From the IMG/VR virus record IMGVR_UViG_2651869695_000003: 64,000 nucleotides of DNA. The stretch is one strand, 5' to 3'. Made by a program: the position numbers and the translations under genes. Shown piece after piece: positions 1 through 9,685 of the stretch. The stretch comes from a virus (taxonomy: Duplodnaviria > Heunggongvirae > Uroviricota > Caudoviricetes). Numbering within the stretch: the stretch's first letter is position 1; each line of letters starts with the position of its first letter. The notes under the pieces are model-generated. The model saw nothing but the letters and a program-made list of their open reading frames with translations. It had not been told where the DNA came from and did no database searches.

Positions 1-591
1 TCAATGGCAACGGATAACTGTGCCCGCTGGGTGTTGTCTGTTGTGCGTCGGGATCTCGGTTTTGATGATAGTCACGTTGTGACAATACCGGAACTGTGCT
101 GGTGGCTGATTCGTAATGACCTGGCGGATGCCTTACCGGAAAGTGCAGCCCGTAAGGCACTGAGATTACCGAAGCCTGTTGTGCAGGCGGTCACCCGGGA
201 AAGTGACCTTGTGCCTTCGGTTCCTGCCACCAGCATTATCCAGGATAAAGCGAAAAAGGTGCTGGCGCTGAAAGTGGATCCGGAGTCGCTGGAGTCTTTT
301 ATGTTACGCCCAAAACGCCGCCGCTGGGTTAATGAAAAGTACACGCGCTGGGTTAAGACACAGCCGTGTGCATGTTGTGGAAAGCCTGCTGATGATCCCC
401 ACCACCTGATAGGTCACGGTCAGGGTGGAATGGGTACAAAAGCGCATGACCTCTTTGTGTTGCCTTTGTGCAGAAAGCATCACGACGAGCTGCATGCGGA
501 TACCGTGGCATTTGAAGAGAAGTATGGCTCCCAACTGGAGCTGATATTTCGTTTTATCGATCGCGCGCTGGCGATTGGGGTGTTGGCCTGA
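1..591 (+). CDS. DUF968/YdfU-like prophage early-region protein, C-terminal part (5' end left of window)
   Basis: ORF open to window edge; identical to C-terminal ~196 aa of the full 331-aa copy at 46175..47170; Cys/His-rich C-terminus (CxxC...HH...H). Confidence 0.5.
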   Translation, partial: SMATDNCARWVLSVVRRDLGFDDSHVVTIPELCWWLIRNDLADALPESAARKALRLPKPVVQAVTRESDLVPSVPATSIIQDKAKKVLALKVDPESLESFMLRPKRRRWVNEKYTRWVKTQPCACCGKPADDPHHLIGHGQGGMGTKAHDLFVLPLCRKHHDELHADTVAFEEKYGSQLELIFRFIDRALAIGVLA

Positions 592-605
592 TTTGGTGGA
601 GAAAG

Positions 606-974
606 TTGATGCGTGATATTCAGATGGTTCTGGAGCGTTGGGGAGCATGGGCGGCGAGTGATAGTTCTGGAGTAGACTATTCGCCTATAGCTGCTGGGTT
701 TAAGGGGCTTCTTCCCTACACAAGCAAAACACGTCAGGCTTGTTCAGATAGTGATGCATTAATTATTGAAGGTTGTCTTGCTCGTCTAAAGCAAAAAAAG
801 CCAGATGAGCACTCGCTGCTTGTGGCACATTATTTATACAGAATATCCAAGCGTAAGATTGCAAAGGTGCGTGGAAAGGATGAAAAATTGGTACGCATAG
901 AAATACAACTAGCCGAAGGATTTATTGATGGTTGCCTTTCAATGTTGGATTTTAACCTTGAAATGGACGCTTAG
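606..974 (+). CDS. Late-gene antitermination protein Q (QuuD-like)
   Basis: N-terminus MRDIQMVLERWGAWAA... and C-terminal ...EGxxDGxLxMLDxxLEMD match my recollection of E. coli prophage Q antiterminators; position upstream of lysis genes. Confidence 0.7.
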   Translation: MMRDIQMVLERWGAWAASDSSGVDYSPIAAGFKGLLPYTSKTRQACSDSDALIIEGCLARLKQKKPDEHSLLVAHYLYRISKRKIAKVRGKDEKLVRIEIQLAEGFIDGCLSMLDFNLEMDA

Positions 975-980
975 GGTTGC

Positions 981-1010
981 ACAGGTTGGCCCCATATGAG
1001 GCCAACCTGT
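981..1010. other. 11-bp-stem hairpin between convergent Q and cassette membrane gene (possible bidirectional terminator)
   Basis: ACAGGTTGGCC-N8-GGCCAACCTGT read directly; no clear T-run. Confidence 0.3.
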
Positions 1011-1471
1011 CACAAGTGGGGGAAGATTTTTCGTAACACTAACCAACACCTTCCGAAGGTATATAGCGAAATTATAAGGGAGGATAAGCCTAACAGTATG
1101 AACAGGAAATCAATAGGTTTGCCCGCAACAATAACATCATCAGGTAGAAACATCGCTATCAATGGAAATATACATGCGACGATGAGAGTTAACCCTGTTG
1201 AAAGTAATCTATTTACCAGAGTTGGTAACACGTTGTTTTGCTTAAGGGCATTAATTGCTCCTTCCTTATCGCTGTTTGCACTACTAAATATAGATATTGC
1301 AGCCAGAACAAAACCAAACAGGATGCCTGATATAGTCGAGAGCACCCCCGCTGTTGTGAGTACGTCAGCATGCTTCATCGGTTTAAACAGTTTTGTCGCT
1401 GCATAGGTCAACAGAATCCAGAGGACGCATTTCCAGAGAAAAGTGGCTAATTCTCTCATTGTGTCCTCCAT
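1010..1471 (-). CDS. Four-TM small membrane protein (cassette gene 2), function unknown
   Basis: 153-aa ORF with four hydrophobic helices; AT-rich; directly downstream of 313-aa ORF on same strand, antisense to phage late operon. Confidence 0.55.
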   Translation of the reverse strand: MEDTMRELATFLWKCVLWILLTYAATKLFKPMKHADVLTTAGVLSTISGILFGFVLAAISIFSSANSDKEGAINALKQNNVLPTLVNRLLSTGLTLIVACIFPLIAMFLPDDVIVAGKPIDFLFILLGLSSLIISLYTFGRCWLVLRKIFPHL

Positions 1472-1480
1472 GCTTGGTTA

Positions 1481-2422
1481 TTAGTCTCTGCTAGCGAGCT
1501 CATACTGTGCAAGATAGTTCGCGTTATCAATTTTAGCAGATATCATCGCCGTTCTGATATCAGAATCGGATGGATAACCGCTTTTGACAATGATTGTCTT
1601 TGTACTGACCAATACTTGGTCAAGTAGACTTTTGGGCGTTCTATTGGATGGCTCTGTTACATCAATTTTTTTAATTTTTAGACCTCCAGAACCTTTTGGA
1701 AAAAGTTCAAGTAGTTCCTTAATAGCATCGGTGACAGAAGTTTTTAGATAGTTAAACCCTTGTTTTTTCGGGCGAATCCGACCTCGCATATTTAATCTTA
1801 GATGCGACCCGCCCATACCAACAACCATGTCAATAATTTCATTAGCTAAAGGGTTTTTAATCTTATAATTAGCTTTGTTAAAGTTTCTTGGAGCAGCAAC
1901 TATAAGATCGAAACTACGTAGGATATTTCCGTCCTCAAGCAGTTCCTTCATGCTCTCTTGTTTCCAAATGGCTTCAAAAGTGACGCTTTTTAAATCAGTT
2001 TTGTTATACAAAATGAATGCCAGATCATTTACTTTGGGCCCTATATGGTTGAGGGTCATAGCTAATAAGTCCGTTTCGTAGTAATAGATAAAATATGTTC
2101 TTTCAACTACAGAATCTTTATCATTTAAAGGAATTGTTCTCTCACTACCTGTAGCATCCTCGATGAACGGTAGTAGGCATTCCCTTCTCCACGATACGTA
2201 ACCAAAGTAACATTGCAGTGTGGTATCTTTTTGAAGAATAACTAACTTTAACCCTCGACTTGGGGTGTCTGTTGTGTAAGTTATTGGAAAAGTTACAGTA
2301 TCTGCTGTGGTCATTTGCTCAAAGGCTAGTTTTGCAGCAGATGTGCCATATTTTTTGCTTCCATTACCAGTGAAAAAACCAACTCTCACTCGCCTGGTTT
2401 TATTCTTATTTTCTGTACTCAT
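1481..2422 (-). CDS. Hypothetical 313-aa cytoplasmic protein (cassette gene 1), candidate defence/exclusion factor
   Basis: Long AT-rich ORF, no recognised motif by eye; located in Q-to-lysis moron hotspot. Confidence 0.55.
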   Translation of the reverse strand: MSTENKNKTRRVRVGFFTGNGSKKYGTSAAKLAFEQMTTADTVTFPITYTTDTPSRGLKLVILQKDTTLQCYFGYVSWRRECLLPFIEDATGSERTIPLNDKDSVVERTYFIYYYETDLLAMTLNHIGPKVNDLAFILYNKTDLKSVTFEAIWKQESMKELLEDGNILRSFDLIVAAPRNFNKANYKIKNPLANEIIDMVVGMGGSHLRLNMRGRIRPKKQGFNYLKTSVTDAIKELLELFPKGSGGLKIKKIDVTEPSNRTPKSLLDQVLVSTKTIIVKSGYPSDSDIRTAMISAKIDNANYLAQYELASRD

Positions 2423-2544
2423 TATCGATCCGAAATAATTTTAGCAACCGTGTGAAAAATACAACAAAAAAAAGAGGAAATCATTAGCGCGGTCCGCAAA
2501 AAACATTGTAATCTGTTAAGAGTGGTTACTTCGCCACACAGCTT

Positions 2545-2575
2545 AAACCCGCCGTCGAGCGGGTTTTGTCGTTTC
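2545..2575 (+). terminator. Rho-independent terminator (tR'-like) upstream of holin
   Basis: AAACCCGC-CGTCGA-GCGGGTTT hairpin followed by TGTCGTTTCT. Confidence 0.5.
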
Positions 2576-2718
2576 TGTGGCTGGGGATTCGTTGGTCCTG
2601 GCCTATTCCGCAGTTCTCCATCGGTTCGGCTTCTTTGATGTTTCCGCTTCTGATTTGCGGTACATGATGTTCCCTCAATTTGCACCTGCTGTATCAGCGA
2701 GGTGAGAGATAACTACAA

Positions 2719-3045
2719 ATGCCTCATAACCCAAATACCTGGCTGGAGTTGGTCCAGAGCTGGTGGCGTGGAGACACACCGCTGGGCGCAGTGATTATGT
2801 CGATCGTTATGGCTGGCTTGCGCATTGCCTATTTTGGCGGTGGTGGTGGCTGGAAACGAAAAACGCTCGAGATTTTGCTCTGTGGTGCTCTGACGCTGAC
2901 TTTTGCATCCGCTCTTGAGTATGTCGGATGGCCTAAATCTCTTTCTGTTGCCATTGGTGGCGGCGTTGGGCTGATCGGGGTCGATGCTATTCGTGGGGCT
3001 GCAATGAGAGTAATCGGTAATAAGTTTGGTGGCTCTAAGGAGTAA
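2719..3045 (+). CDS. Holin, lambda S-like
   Basis: 108 aa, hydrophobic helices, charged C-terminus, immediately upstream of endolysin; pattern resembles lambda S. Confidence 0.7.
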   Translation: MPHNPNTWLELVQSWWRGDTPLGAVIMSIVMAGLRIAYFGGGGGWKRKTLEILLCGALTLTFASALEYVGWPKSLSVAIGGGVGLIGVDAIRGAAMRVIGNKFGGSKE

Positions 3046-3048
3046 TTT

Positions 3049-3531
3049 ATGCAGGTACTAAATTCCCAGCGTAAAGCTTTCCTCGATATGGTGGCATGGT
3101 CAGAAGGAACGGATAACGGGCGACAACCGACACGTAACCACGGTTATGACGTTATTGTCGGAGGTGAACTGTTCACTGATTACTCCGATCACCCTCGCAA
3201 ACTTGTCACGCTAAACCCGAAACTTAAATCAACAGCCGCAGGACGTTATCAGCTTCTTTCACGCTGGTGGGATGCTTACCGTAAGCAGCTTGGGCTGAAA
3301 GACTTCTCTCCAAAAAGCCAGGATGCTGTGGCATTGCAGCAGATTAAAGAGCGTGGTGCTTTACCGATGATTGATCGCGGCGATATCCGTCAGGCTATTG
3401 ATCGTTGCAGCAATATCTGGGCGTCATTGCCGGGCGCTGGTTATGGTCAGTTCGAACATAAGGTTGACAGCCTGATTGAAAAATTCAAAGAATCGGGCGG
3501 AACGGTCAGAGAAATTCAGCTATATGAGTAG
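3049..3531 (+). CDS. R: Endolysin, lambda R-type lytic transglycosylase
   Basis: Translation near-identical to lambda R as I recall it ([21 protein letters not shown]...[24 protein letters not shown]...). Confidence 0.85.
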   Translation: MQVLNSQRKAFLDMVAWSEGTDNGRQPTRNHGYDVIVGGELFTDYSDHPRKLVTLNPKLKSTAAGRYQLLSRWWDAYRKQLGLKDFSPKSQDAVALQQIKERGALPMIDRGDIRQAIDRCSNIWASLPGAGYGQFEHKVDSLIEKFKESGGTVREIQLYE

Positions 3532-3988
3532 AGTAACTGCGATTCTGTCCTCTCTGGTTATCTGCACCATCGTCTGCCTATCATGGGCTGTTAATCATTA
3601 TCGTGATAACGCCATCGCCTACAAAGAACAGCGCGATAAAGCGAAGGAAAAACTCAGCCAGGCGAACGCCACCATTACTGAGATGCAGCAGCGCCAGCGT
3701 GATGTTTCTGCGCTCGATGCGAAATACACCGGAGAACTTGCAAATGCTAAAGCAACTATTGAACAGCTTCAGCGTGATGTTGCTGTTGGCACTAAGCGGC
3801 TGTTCCTCGCCGCTAGTTGCCCGAGAGTGCAATCAACGACCATTACCACCAGCCTGGATGATGCTACCGCCCCCCGACTTACTGACACCGCTCAACGGGA
3901 TTATTTCACCCTCAGAGAGAGAATTGAAATCAGTTATAAACAGATAAGAGCATTGCAGGACTATATCTCTAGTCAGTGTGAAAAATAA
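3524..3988 (+). CDS. Rz: i-spanin Rz
   Basis: Start ATG overlaps R stop (ATGAGTAG); MSRVTAI...[15 protein letters not shown] matches lambda Rz N-terminus; ORF track start 3476 is an upstream extension. Confidence 0.8.
   Translation: MSRVTAILSSLVICTIVCLSWAVNHYRDNAIAYKEQRDKAKEKLSQANATITEMQQRQRDVSALDAKYTGELANAKATIEQLQRDVAVGTKRLFLAASCPRVQSTTITTSLDDATAPRLTDTAQRDYFTLRERIEISYKQIRALQDYISSQCEK
3744..3947 (+). CDS. Rz1: o-spanin Rz1 lipoprotein, embedded in Rz in +1 frame
   Basis: Signal peptide ending ...LLALSGC then [27 protein letters not shown], matching lambda Rz1 proline-rich motif; taken from internal Met of 114-aa ORF. Confidence 0.75.
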   Translation: MLKQLLNSFSVMLLLALSGCSSPLVARECNQRPLPPAWMMLPPPDLLTPLNGIISPSERELKSVINR

Positions 3989-4069
3989 AATTGCTTTCGA
4001 TGTATGGATCTGGACATCTTTTTTTTCTACTATGCTGACTGAGAATTGAAACGTATATGGATATTCTAT

Positions 4070-4828
4070 ATGAAAAGAAAAAAATTAGAAGGTCCCGGGT
4101 GTGAATCATATGAAGGGTTAGATGTTGAATATTATATTGATTCCGAAACGGGGGAATTTAAAGCGGTTTATACATTCAATAATGAAATTGTAGATCGCAT
4201 AAAATTGAGTGGGCGTATTGCCGATAGAGCATCTTCACTGTCCCTAATTCATAGGGACTTAAAAAGTGCTAAAGAGTGGTACCAAATAGCTAATGAACTG
4301 GCAGGGAGAAACGAATTAAGGACAGATGGCAAGTTATACGGGAATATACTTGATCTAGATTTATCAAGTGAAATTAGAGCGTTATTTGTGGCAAGCCTAA
4401 CGTTTTATGGTAAAGCTTTCTCTGAAGCTAAAGGGAGAAAGTTAAAGATGGAGCGTGATTGGCTTGATTCTGAATATTTTGGGTTGCATGACTGTATTAT
4501 TAACTACAGGCATAATTTTGCAGCACATAGCGGCAACCAAGACTATGAGTCAGCAGAAACTTCATTGTTACTAATAAGGAAAAATGGGAAAACATTTTAT
4601 CAAGCAGTGACAGATAGAAAACAACTGAGCATGATTGGTGTCGAGGACGAGCATGTTGATATGATTAATTTATTTGAACATGCGATACAGGTTGTTGAGA
4701 AAAAATATAATGAAACATTAGAGAGAATTAGAACCTATGTCATGCAAAAGAGTTATTCTTTTTGGTGTTTAGCTGCCACAGGGAAAGATCCCGTCAATTT
4801 AGATAAGTTAAATAAGAAGAAAAAATAA
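4070..4828 (+). CDS. Hypothetical AT-rich moron protein between Rz and HNH
   Basis: 252-aa ORF from first ATG (ORF track starts at TTG 4046); low GC versus neighbours; no recognisable domain. Confidence 0.45.
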   Translation: MKRKKLEGPGCESYEGLDVEYYIDSETGEFKAVYTFNNEIVDRIKLSGRIADRASSLSLIHRDLKSAKEWYQIANELAGRNELRTDGKLYGNILDLDLSSEIRALFVASLTFYGKAFSEAKGRKLKMERDWLDSEYFGLHDCIINYRHNFAAHSGNQDYESAETSLLLIRKNGKTFYQAVTDRKQLSMIGVEDEHVDMINLFEHAIQVVEKKYNETLERIRTYVMQKSYSFWCLAATGKDPVNLDKLNKKKK

Positions 4829-4907
4829 ACCTACTCTTCACATTAGTAACATTAGTAGATGCTAAGCCACTAGCAATCGATGGTGGCTTTTTTATTGGAG
4901 CTTACCA

Positions 4908-5258
4908 ATGCCACCACGAACCCCAAAAGCCTGCCGTGTTCGCGGCTGCCGCTCTACAACCACAGACCCGTCAGGCTACTGCGAAAGCCACAAAAGCGAA
5001 GGCTGGAAGCAATACAAGCCAGGTCAGTCCCGTCATCAGCGCGGTTATGGTTCGAAGTGGGACGCTATCCGCGCGCGTGTGCTGAAGCGTGACAAAGGTT
5101 TATGTCAGTTATGTCTGCGTGCCGGTGTGGTGCGTGAGGCGAAAACCGTTGACCACATCATCCCTAAAGCGCATGGCGGCACTGATGCCGACTGTAATCT
5201 GCAGAGTCTGTGTTGGCCGTGTCATAAGGCGAAGACGGCCCGTGAACGGTTAAAGTGA
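4908..5258 (+). CDS. HNH endonuclease (terminase-associated)
   Basis: CxxC ... DHIIPKAHGGTD ... CWPCH motifs; position immediately upstream of terminase small subunit as in HK97-like phages. Confidence 0.75.
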   Translation: MPPRTPKACRVRGCRSTTTDPSGYCESHKSEGWKQYKPGQSRHQRGYGSKWDAIRARVLKRDKGLCQLCLRAGVVREAKTVDHIIPKAHGGTDADCNLQSLCWPCHKAKTARERLK

Positions 5259-5284
5259 TAATAACTCTCAACTGTCTGAGGGGA

Positions 5285-5344
5285 GGGGCGGGTCACATCC
5301 CTGTGACCTGACGTCTTCCGGACTGCCCGCCCCATCGTTTTTTT
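5285..5344. other. GC-rich nested palindrome plus T-run between HNH and terS (candidate cos/packaging region or terminator)
   Basis: GGGGCGGG...GGTCACA-TCCC-TGTGACC...CCCGCCCC then TTTTTTT. Confidence 0.3.
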
Positions 5345-5374
5345 ATACCCGCGAAAAATGAAATTTAACCAGGA

Positions 5375-5878
5375 GTGCCGCATATGGCTGGAACGACGGG
5401 GCGTTCCGGGCGTCGCCCCAAGCCAACGGCGCGCAAGGCGCTGGCCGGAAATCCCGGCAAGCGAGCCCTGAACAAAGATGAACCTGTTTTTACGCCCATC
5501 AAAGGTGTTGAGCCACCGGAGTGGTTCGCTGAAGAAGATCTCCCTCTCGCCACGATCATGTGGCAACTGACAACCAAAGAACTCTGCGGTCAGGGCCTGC
5601 TGTGCGTGACTGACCTCGCGGTGCTTGAGCGGTGGTGCGTGGCCTACGAGTTCTGGCGACGTGCCGTGAAAAATATTGCCAGACAGGGCAACACCATCAC
5701 CGGTGCAATGGGCGGTATGGTCAAAAATCCGGAGCTGACCGCCAAAAAAGAACAGGAGTCCGAGATGAGCAGTACGGGGGCAATGCTCGGACTCGACCCC
5801 AGCAGCCGCCAGCGTCTGATTGGCCTGGCGGGGAAGAAGAAAGCCACTAACCCGTTTCTGAAAATCATCGAATCATGA
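5375..5878 (+). CDS. Terminase small subunit
   Basis: 167-aa basic ORF between HNH and large terminase, translationally coupled to next gene. Confidence 0.7.
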   Translation: MPHMAGTTGRSGRRPKPTARKALAGNPGKRALNKDEPVFTPIKGVEPPEWFAEEDLPLATIMWQLTTKELCGQGLLCVTDLAVLERWCVAYEFWRRAVKNIARQGNTITGAMGGMVKNPELTAKKEQESEMSSTGAMLGLDPSSRQRLIGLAGKKKATNPFLKIIES

Positions 5879-7608
5879 GCCGGAAATCTTACCCCAACGT
5901 AAATGCTGCCAATCAGTATGCCCGGGATGTCGTGCGCGGAAAGATTGTGGCCTGCCAGTTTGTGATTCAGGCCTGCCAGCGCCATCTTGATGACCTGATG
6001 GCGGAAAAAAGTAAGTCGTTTCGTTACCGCTTCGACAAGGACCTGGCTGAACGGGCCGCCAAATTTATTCAGCTGTTGCCGCACACCAAGGGTGAGTGGG
6101 CATTCAAGAGGATGCCCATCACGCTGGAGCCGTGGCAGCTCTTTGTGATCTGCTGCGCGTTTGGCTGGGTCAATAAAGGCTCCCGGCTGCGCCGCTTCAG
6201 GGAGGTGTATACCGAAATCCCCCGTAAGAACGGCAAATCGGCAATCTCTGCCGGTGTCGCTCTGTATTGTTTTGCCTGTGATAACGAGTTCGGCGCGGAA
6301 GTGTATTCCGGTGCCACGACGGAGAAACAGGCATGGGAAGTCTTTCGCCCGGCGCGACTGATGTGTAAACGCACACCAATGCTGACGGAAGCGTTCGGGA
6401 TTGAGGTTAACGCCTCAAACATGAACCGTCCGGAGGATGGCGCGCGGTTTGAACCGCTGATCGGTAACCCCGGTGATGGTTCATCACCCCACTGTGCGGT
6501 GGTGGATGAATATCACGAGCACGCCACCGATGCGCTTTACACCACGATGCTTACCGGGATGGGGGCGCGACGTCAGCCACTGATGTGGGCCATTACTACT
6601 GCCGGGTACAACATTGAGGGGCCGTGCTACGACAAGCGGCGGGAAGTTATCGAGATGCTCAACGGGTCGGTGCCTAACGATGAACTGTTCGGGATCATCT
6701 ATACCGTTGATGAAGGTGACGACTGGACCGACCCGCAGGTGCTGGAAAAAGCCAATCCAAATATTGGCGTGTCGGTTTATCGCGAATTTTTGTTAAGTCA
6801 GCAACAGCGTGCGAAAAATAACGCCCGTCTGGCAAACGTCTTTAAAACAAAACACCTCAATATCTGGGTGTCGGCGCGTTCGGCGTATTTCAACCTGGTG
6901 AGCTGGCAGAGCTGCGAGGATAAATCACTGACCCTTGAGCAGTTCGAGGGGCAGCCGTGCATTCTGGCCTTTGACTTGGCGCGTAAACTGGATATGAACA
7001 GCATGGCGCGACTTTATACCCGCGAGATTGACGGTAAAACGCATTACTACAGTGTGGCCCCGCGTTTCTGGGTACCGTATGACACGGTGTACAGCGTCGA
7101 GAAAAATGAAGATCGACGGACAGCCGAACGCTTTCAGAAATGGGTGGAAATGGGCGTTCTGACCGTTACCGATGGTGCGGAAGTGGATTATCGCTACATC
7201 CTCGAGGAGGCCAAAGCGGCGAACAAAATCAGCCCGGTCAGTGAGTCACCCATCGACCCCTTCGGGGCGACCGGGCTGTCACATGACCTTGCTGATGAAG
7301 ACCTGAACCCCATCACTATCATTCAGAACTACACCAACATGTCCGATCCGATGAAAGAGCTGGAAGCGGCAATTGAATCGGGGCGCTTTCATCATGATGG
7401 CAATCCCATCATGACCTGGTGTATCGGCAACGTGGTCGGCAAAACCATTCCGGGTAACGATGATGTGGTGAAGCCCGTCAAAGAGCAGGCGGAAAACAAA
7501 ATCGATGGTGCAGTTGCGCTGATTATGGCGGTTGGCAGAGCCATGCTGTACGAGAAAGAAGACACGCTGTCTGACCACATTGAGTCCTATGGGATCCGCT
7601 CGCTTTAA
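5875..7608 (+). CDS. Terminase large subunit
   Basis: 577 aa; ATPase and nuclease regions typical of TerL (VVDEYHE ... [10 protein letters not shown]). Confidence 0.9.
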
Positions 7609-7619
7609 CTGAGGTAATT

Positions 7620-7802
7620 ATGATCATGCTGATTCTCGCGCCTCTGGTGGGCGTGCTGGGGGCGCTTTTGCTGGCGTATGGTGCCTGGCTGATTTATCCC
7701 CCGGCGGGGTTTGTTGTTGCCGGGGCGTTGTGTCTGTTCTGGTCGTGGCTGGTGGCGCGATATCTCGACCGTACACAGTCGTCTGTCGGCGGAGGTAAAT
7801 AG
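7620..7802 (+). CDS. Small hydrophobic protein
   Basis: 60-aa ORF with two predicted TM helices between terL and portal. Confidence 0.35.
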
Positions 7803-9043
7803 TGTTCTTTTCGGGATTATTTCAACGAAAAAGTGACGCACCAGTGACCACGCCAGCAGAGCTGGCGGATGCTATCGGGTTGTCCTACGACACCTATATC
7901 GGAAAGCAGATCAGCAGCCAGCGGGCCATGCGACTGACGGCGGTTTTTTCCTGCGTCAGGGTGCTGGCAGAGTCGGTCGGGATGTTGCCCTGCAATCTGT
8001 ATCACCTGAACGGCAGCCTGAAAAAGAGAGCCACCGGCGAGCGTCTGCATAAGCTGATCTCCACGCATCCCAATGGCTATATGACGCCGCAGGAGTTCTG
8101 GGAGCTGGTGGTCACCTGTCTGTGCTTGCGGGGAAACTTTTACGCCTACAAAGTGAAAGGATTTGGCGAAGTGGCTGAACTGCTGCCCGTCGATCCCGGC
8201 TGTGTGGTACCGAAGCTTAACAGTAGCTGGGAGCCGGTCTATCAGGTCACATTCCCGGACGGCTCCACGGATGTACTGAGCCAGGAAGATATCTGGCATG
8301 TGCGCACGCTGACGCTGGACGGTCTGGTGGGACTGAATCCCATCGCCTATGCCCGCGAGGCAATATCGCTGGCAGCTGCGACCGAAGAGCACGGGGCCAG
8401 ACTGTTCAGCAATGGTGCGGTGACGTCCGGTGTGTTGCGTACAGAGCAGACGCTGTCGGATCAGGCTTATGAGCGCCTGAAGAAAGATTTTGAGGAGCGT
8501 CACACCGGGCTTGGCAATGCTCACCGCCCGATGATCCTTGAGATGGGGCTGGACTGGAAGTCGATGGCGCTGAACGCCGAGGACAGCCAGTTCCTGGAAA
8601 CCCGCAAGTTTCAGCTTGAAGAAATCTGTCGTCTGTTCCGGGTGCCATTGCACATGGTGCAGAACACCGATCGCGCCACCTTCAACAATATCGAAGAGCT
8701 GGGGCTGGGATTTATCAACTATTCACTGGTGCCGTATCTGACCCGCATTGAGCAGCGGATCAACACCGGACTGGTACGAAAAAGTAAGCAGGGCGTTTAT
8801 TACGCCAAATTTAACGCCGGGGCGTTACTGCGCGGGGATATGAAGTCCCGTTTTGAAGCCTACGCCACCGGTATCAACTGGGGAATTTACTCTCCCAATG
8901 ACTGCCGCGACCTGGAAGATATGAATCCGCGTCCCGGTGGGGATGTCTATCTCACGCCGATGAATATGACCACGAAACCCTCCGATGGCAGTAAAGCCGG
9001 TAAGCAGAAGGATAACGCCAATGCAGACGAAACAACGTCTTGA
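7802..9043 (+). CDS. Portal protein (HK97-like)
   Basis: 413 aa, gene order after TerL. Confidence 0.85.
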   Translation: MFFSGLFQRKSDAPVTTPAELADAIGLSYDTYIGKQISSQRAMRLTAVFSCVRVLAESVGMLPCNLYHLNGSLKKRATGERLHKLISTHPNGYMTPQEFWELVVTCLCLRGNFYAYKVKGFGEVAELLPVDPGCVVPKLNSSWEPVYQVTFPDGSTDVLSQEDIWHVRTLTLDGLVGLNPIAYAREAISLAAATEEHGARLFSNGAVTSGVLRTEQTLSDQAYERLKKDFEERHTGLGNAHRPMILEMGLDWKSMALNAEDSQFLETRKFQLEEICRLFRVPLHMVQNTDRATFNNIEELGLGFINYSLVPYLTRIEQRINTGLVRKSKQGVYYAKFNAGALLRGDMKSRFEAYATGINWGIYSPNDCRDLEDMNPRPGGDVYLTPMNMTTKPSDGSKAGKQKDNANADETTS

Positions 9044-9671
9044 TGTACCGCTGAGTCTGAAATCTGTCAGTGACTCCGGTGAGTTTGAAGGGTATGGCTC
9101 CGTCTTTGGTGTAAAGGACAGCCACGATGATGTGGTGATGTCCGGGGCATTTGCTGCTTCCCTGCGGGCGTGGAGTGACAGAAAAGCGTTACCTGCGCTG
9201 CTCTGGCAGCACCGCATGGATGAGCCCATCGGTGTTTACACCGAAATGAAGGAAGACGATGTCGGGCTTTACGTCAGGGGGCGATTGCTCATTGATGATG
9301 ATCCCCTGGCAAAACGCGCACATGCACACATGAAGGCCGGTTCGTTAACCGGCCTTTCTATTGGGTACGTCCTGAAGGACTGGGAATACGACCGGACGAA
9401 AGAAGCCTTTCTGCTGAAAGAAATCGACCTCTGGGAAGTCAGTCTGGTGACGTTCCCGTCTAACGACGAGGCACGGATCAGCGACGTCAAGAACGCGCTG
9501 GCTCGCGGGGAAATCCCCGAACAGAAAAAAATCGAAAGAGTCCTGCGTGATGTCGGACTCTCCCGTACCCAGGCCAAAGCATTCATGGCCGGGGGCTATA
9601 GCGCACTGTCCCTGCGCGACGCTGAGGATGTGAGCTCTGCACTGAATGCACTGAAAAATCTGAACTTCTAA
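9021..9671 (+). CDS. Prohead protease (HK97-like)
   Basis: Position between portal and capsid; AAGGA 9 nt upstream of ATG 9021; ORF track start 8985 is an upstream extension. Confidence 0.8.
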   Translation: MQTKQRLDVPLSLKSVSDSGEFEGYGSVFGVKDSHDDVVMSGAFAASLRAWSDRKALPALLWQHRMDEPIGVYTEMKEDDVGLYVRGRLLIDDDPLAKRAHAHMKAGSLTGLSIGYVLKDWEYDRTKEAFLLKEIDLWEVSLVTFPSNDEARISDVKNALARGEIPEQKKIERVLRDVGLSRTQAKAFMAGGYSALSLRDAEDVSSALNALKNLNF

Positions 9672-9685
9672 TCAGGAGAAATACG

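Noticed and set aside
2422-2685. 87-aa minus-strand ORF in the Q-to-holin intergenic region
   Set aside because: Overlaps the intrinsic terminator and probable promoter region, has low-complexity basic composition and no coupling to neighbours; likely non-coding.
3603-3947. Full 114-aa ORF as Rz1
   Set aside because: Only the C-terminal ~67 aa from the internal Met carries the lipoprotein signal and proline-rich Rz1 motif; the upstream part is an out-of-frame read of Rz.
7817-8653. Long antisense ORFs inside portal, tape-measure, sheath and terminase genes (e.g. 278-aa ORF at 7817..8653, 289-aa at 9668..10537)
   Set aside because: They lie wholly within well-supported sense genes and have Arg/Gln/His-rich composition typical of shadow ORFs on the GC-rich opposite strand.
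8985-9020. Upstream 12 codons of the protease ORF
   Set aside because: No ribosome-binding site; ATG at 9021 has AAGGA 9 nt upstream.
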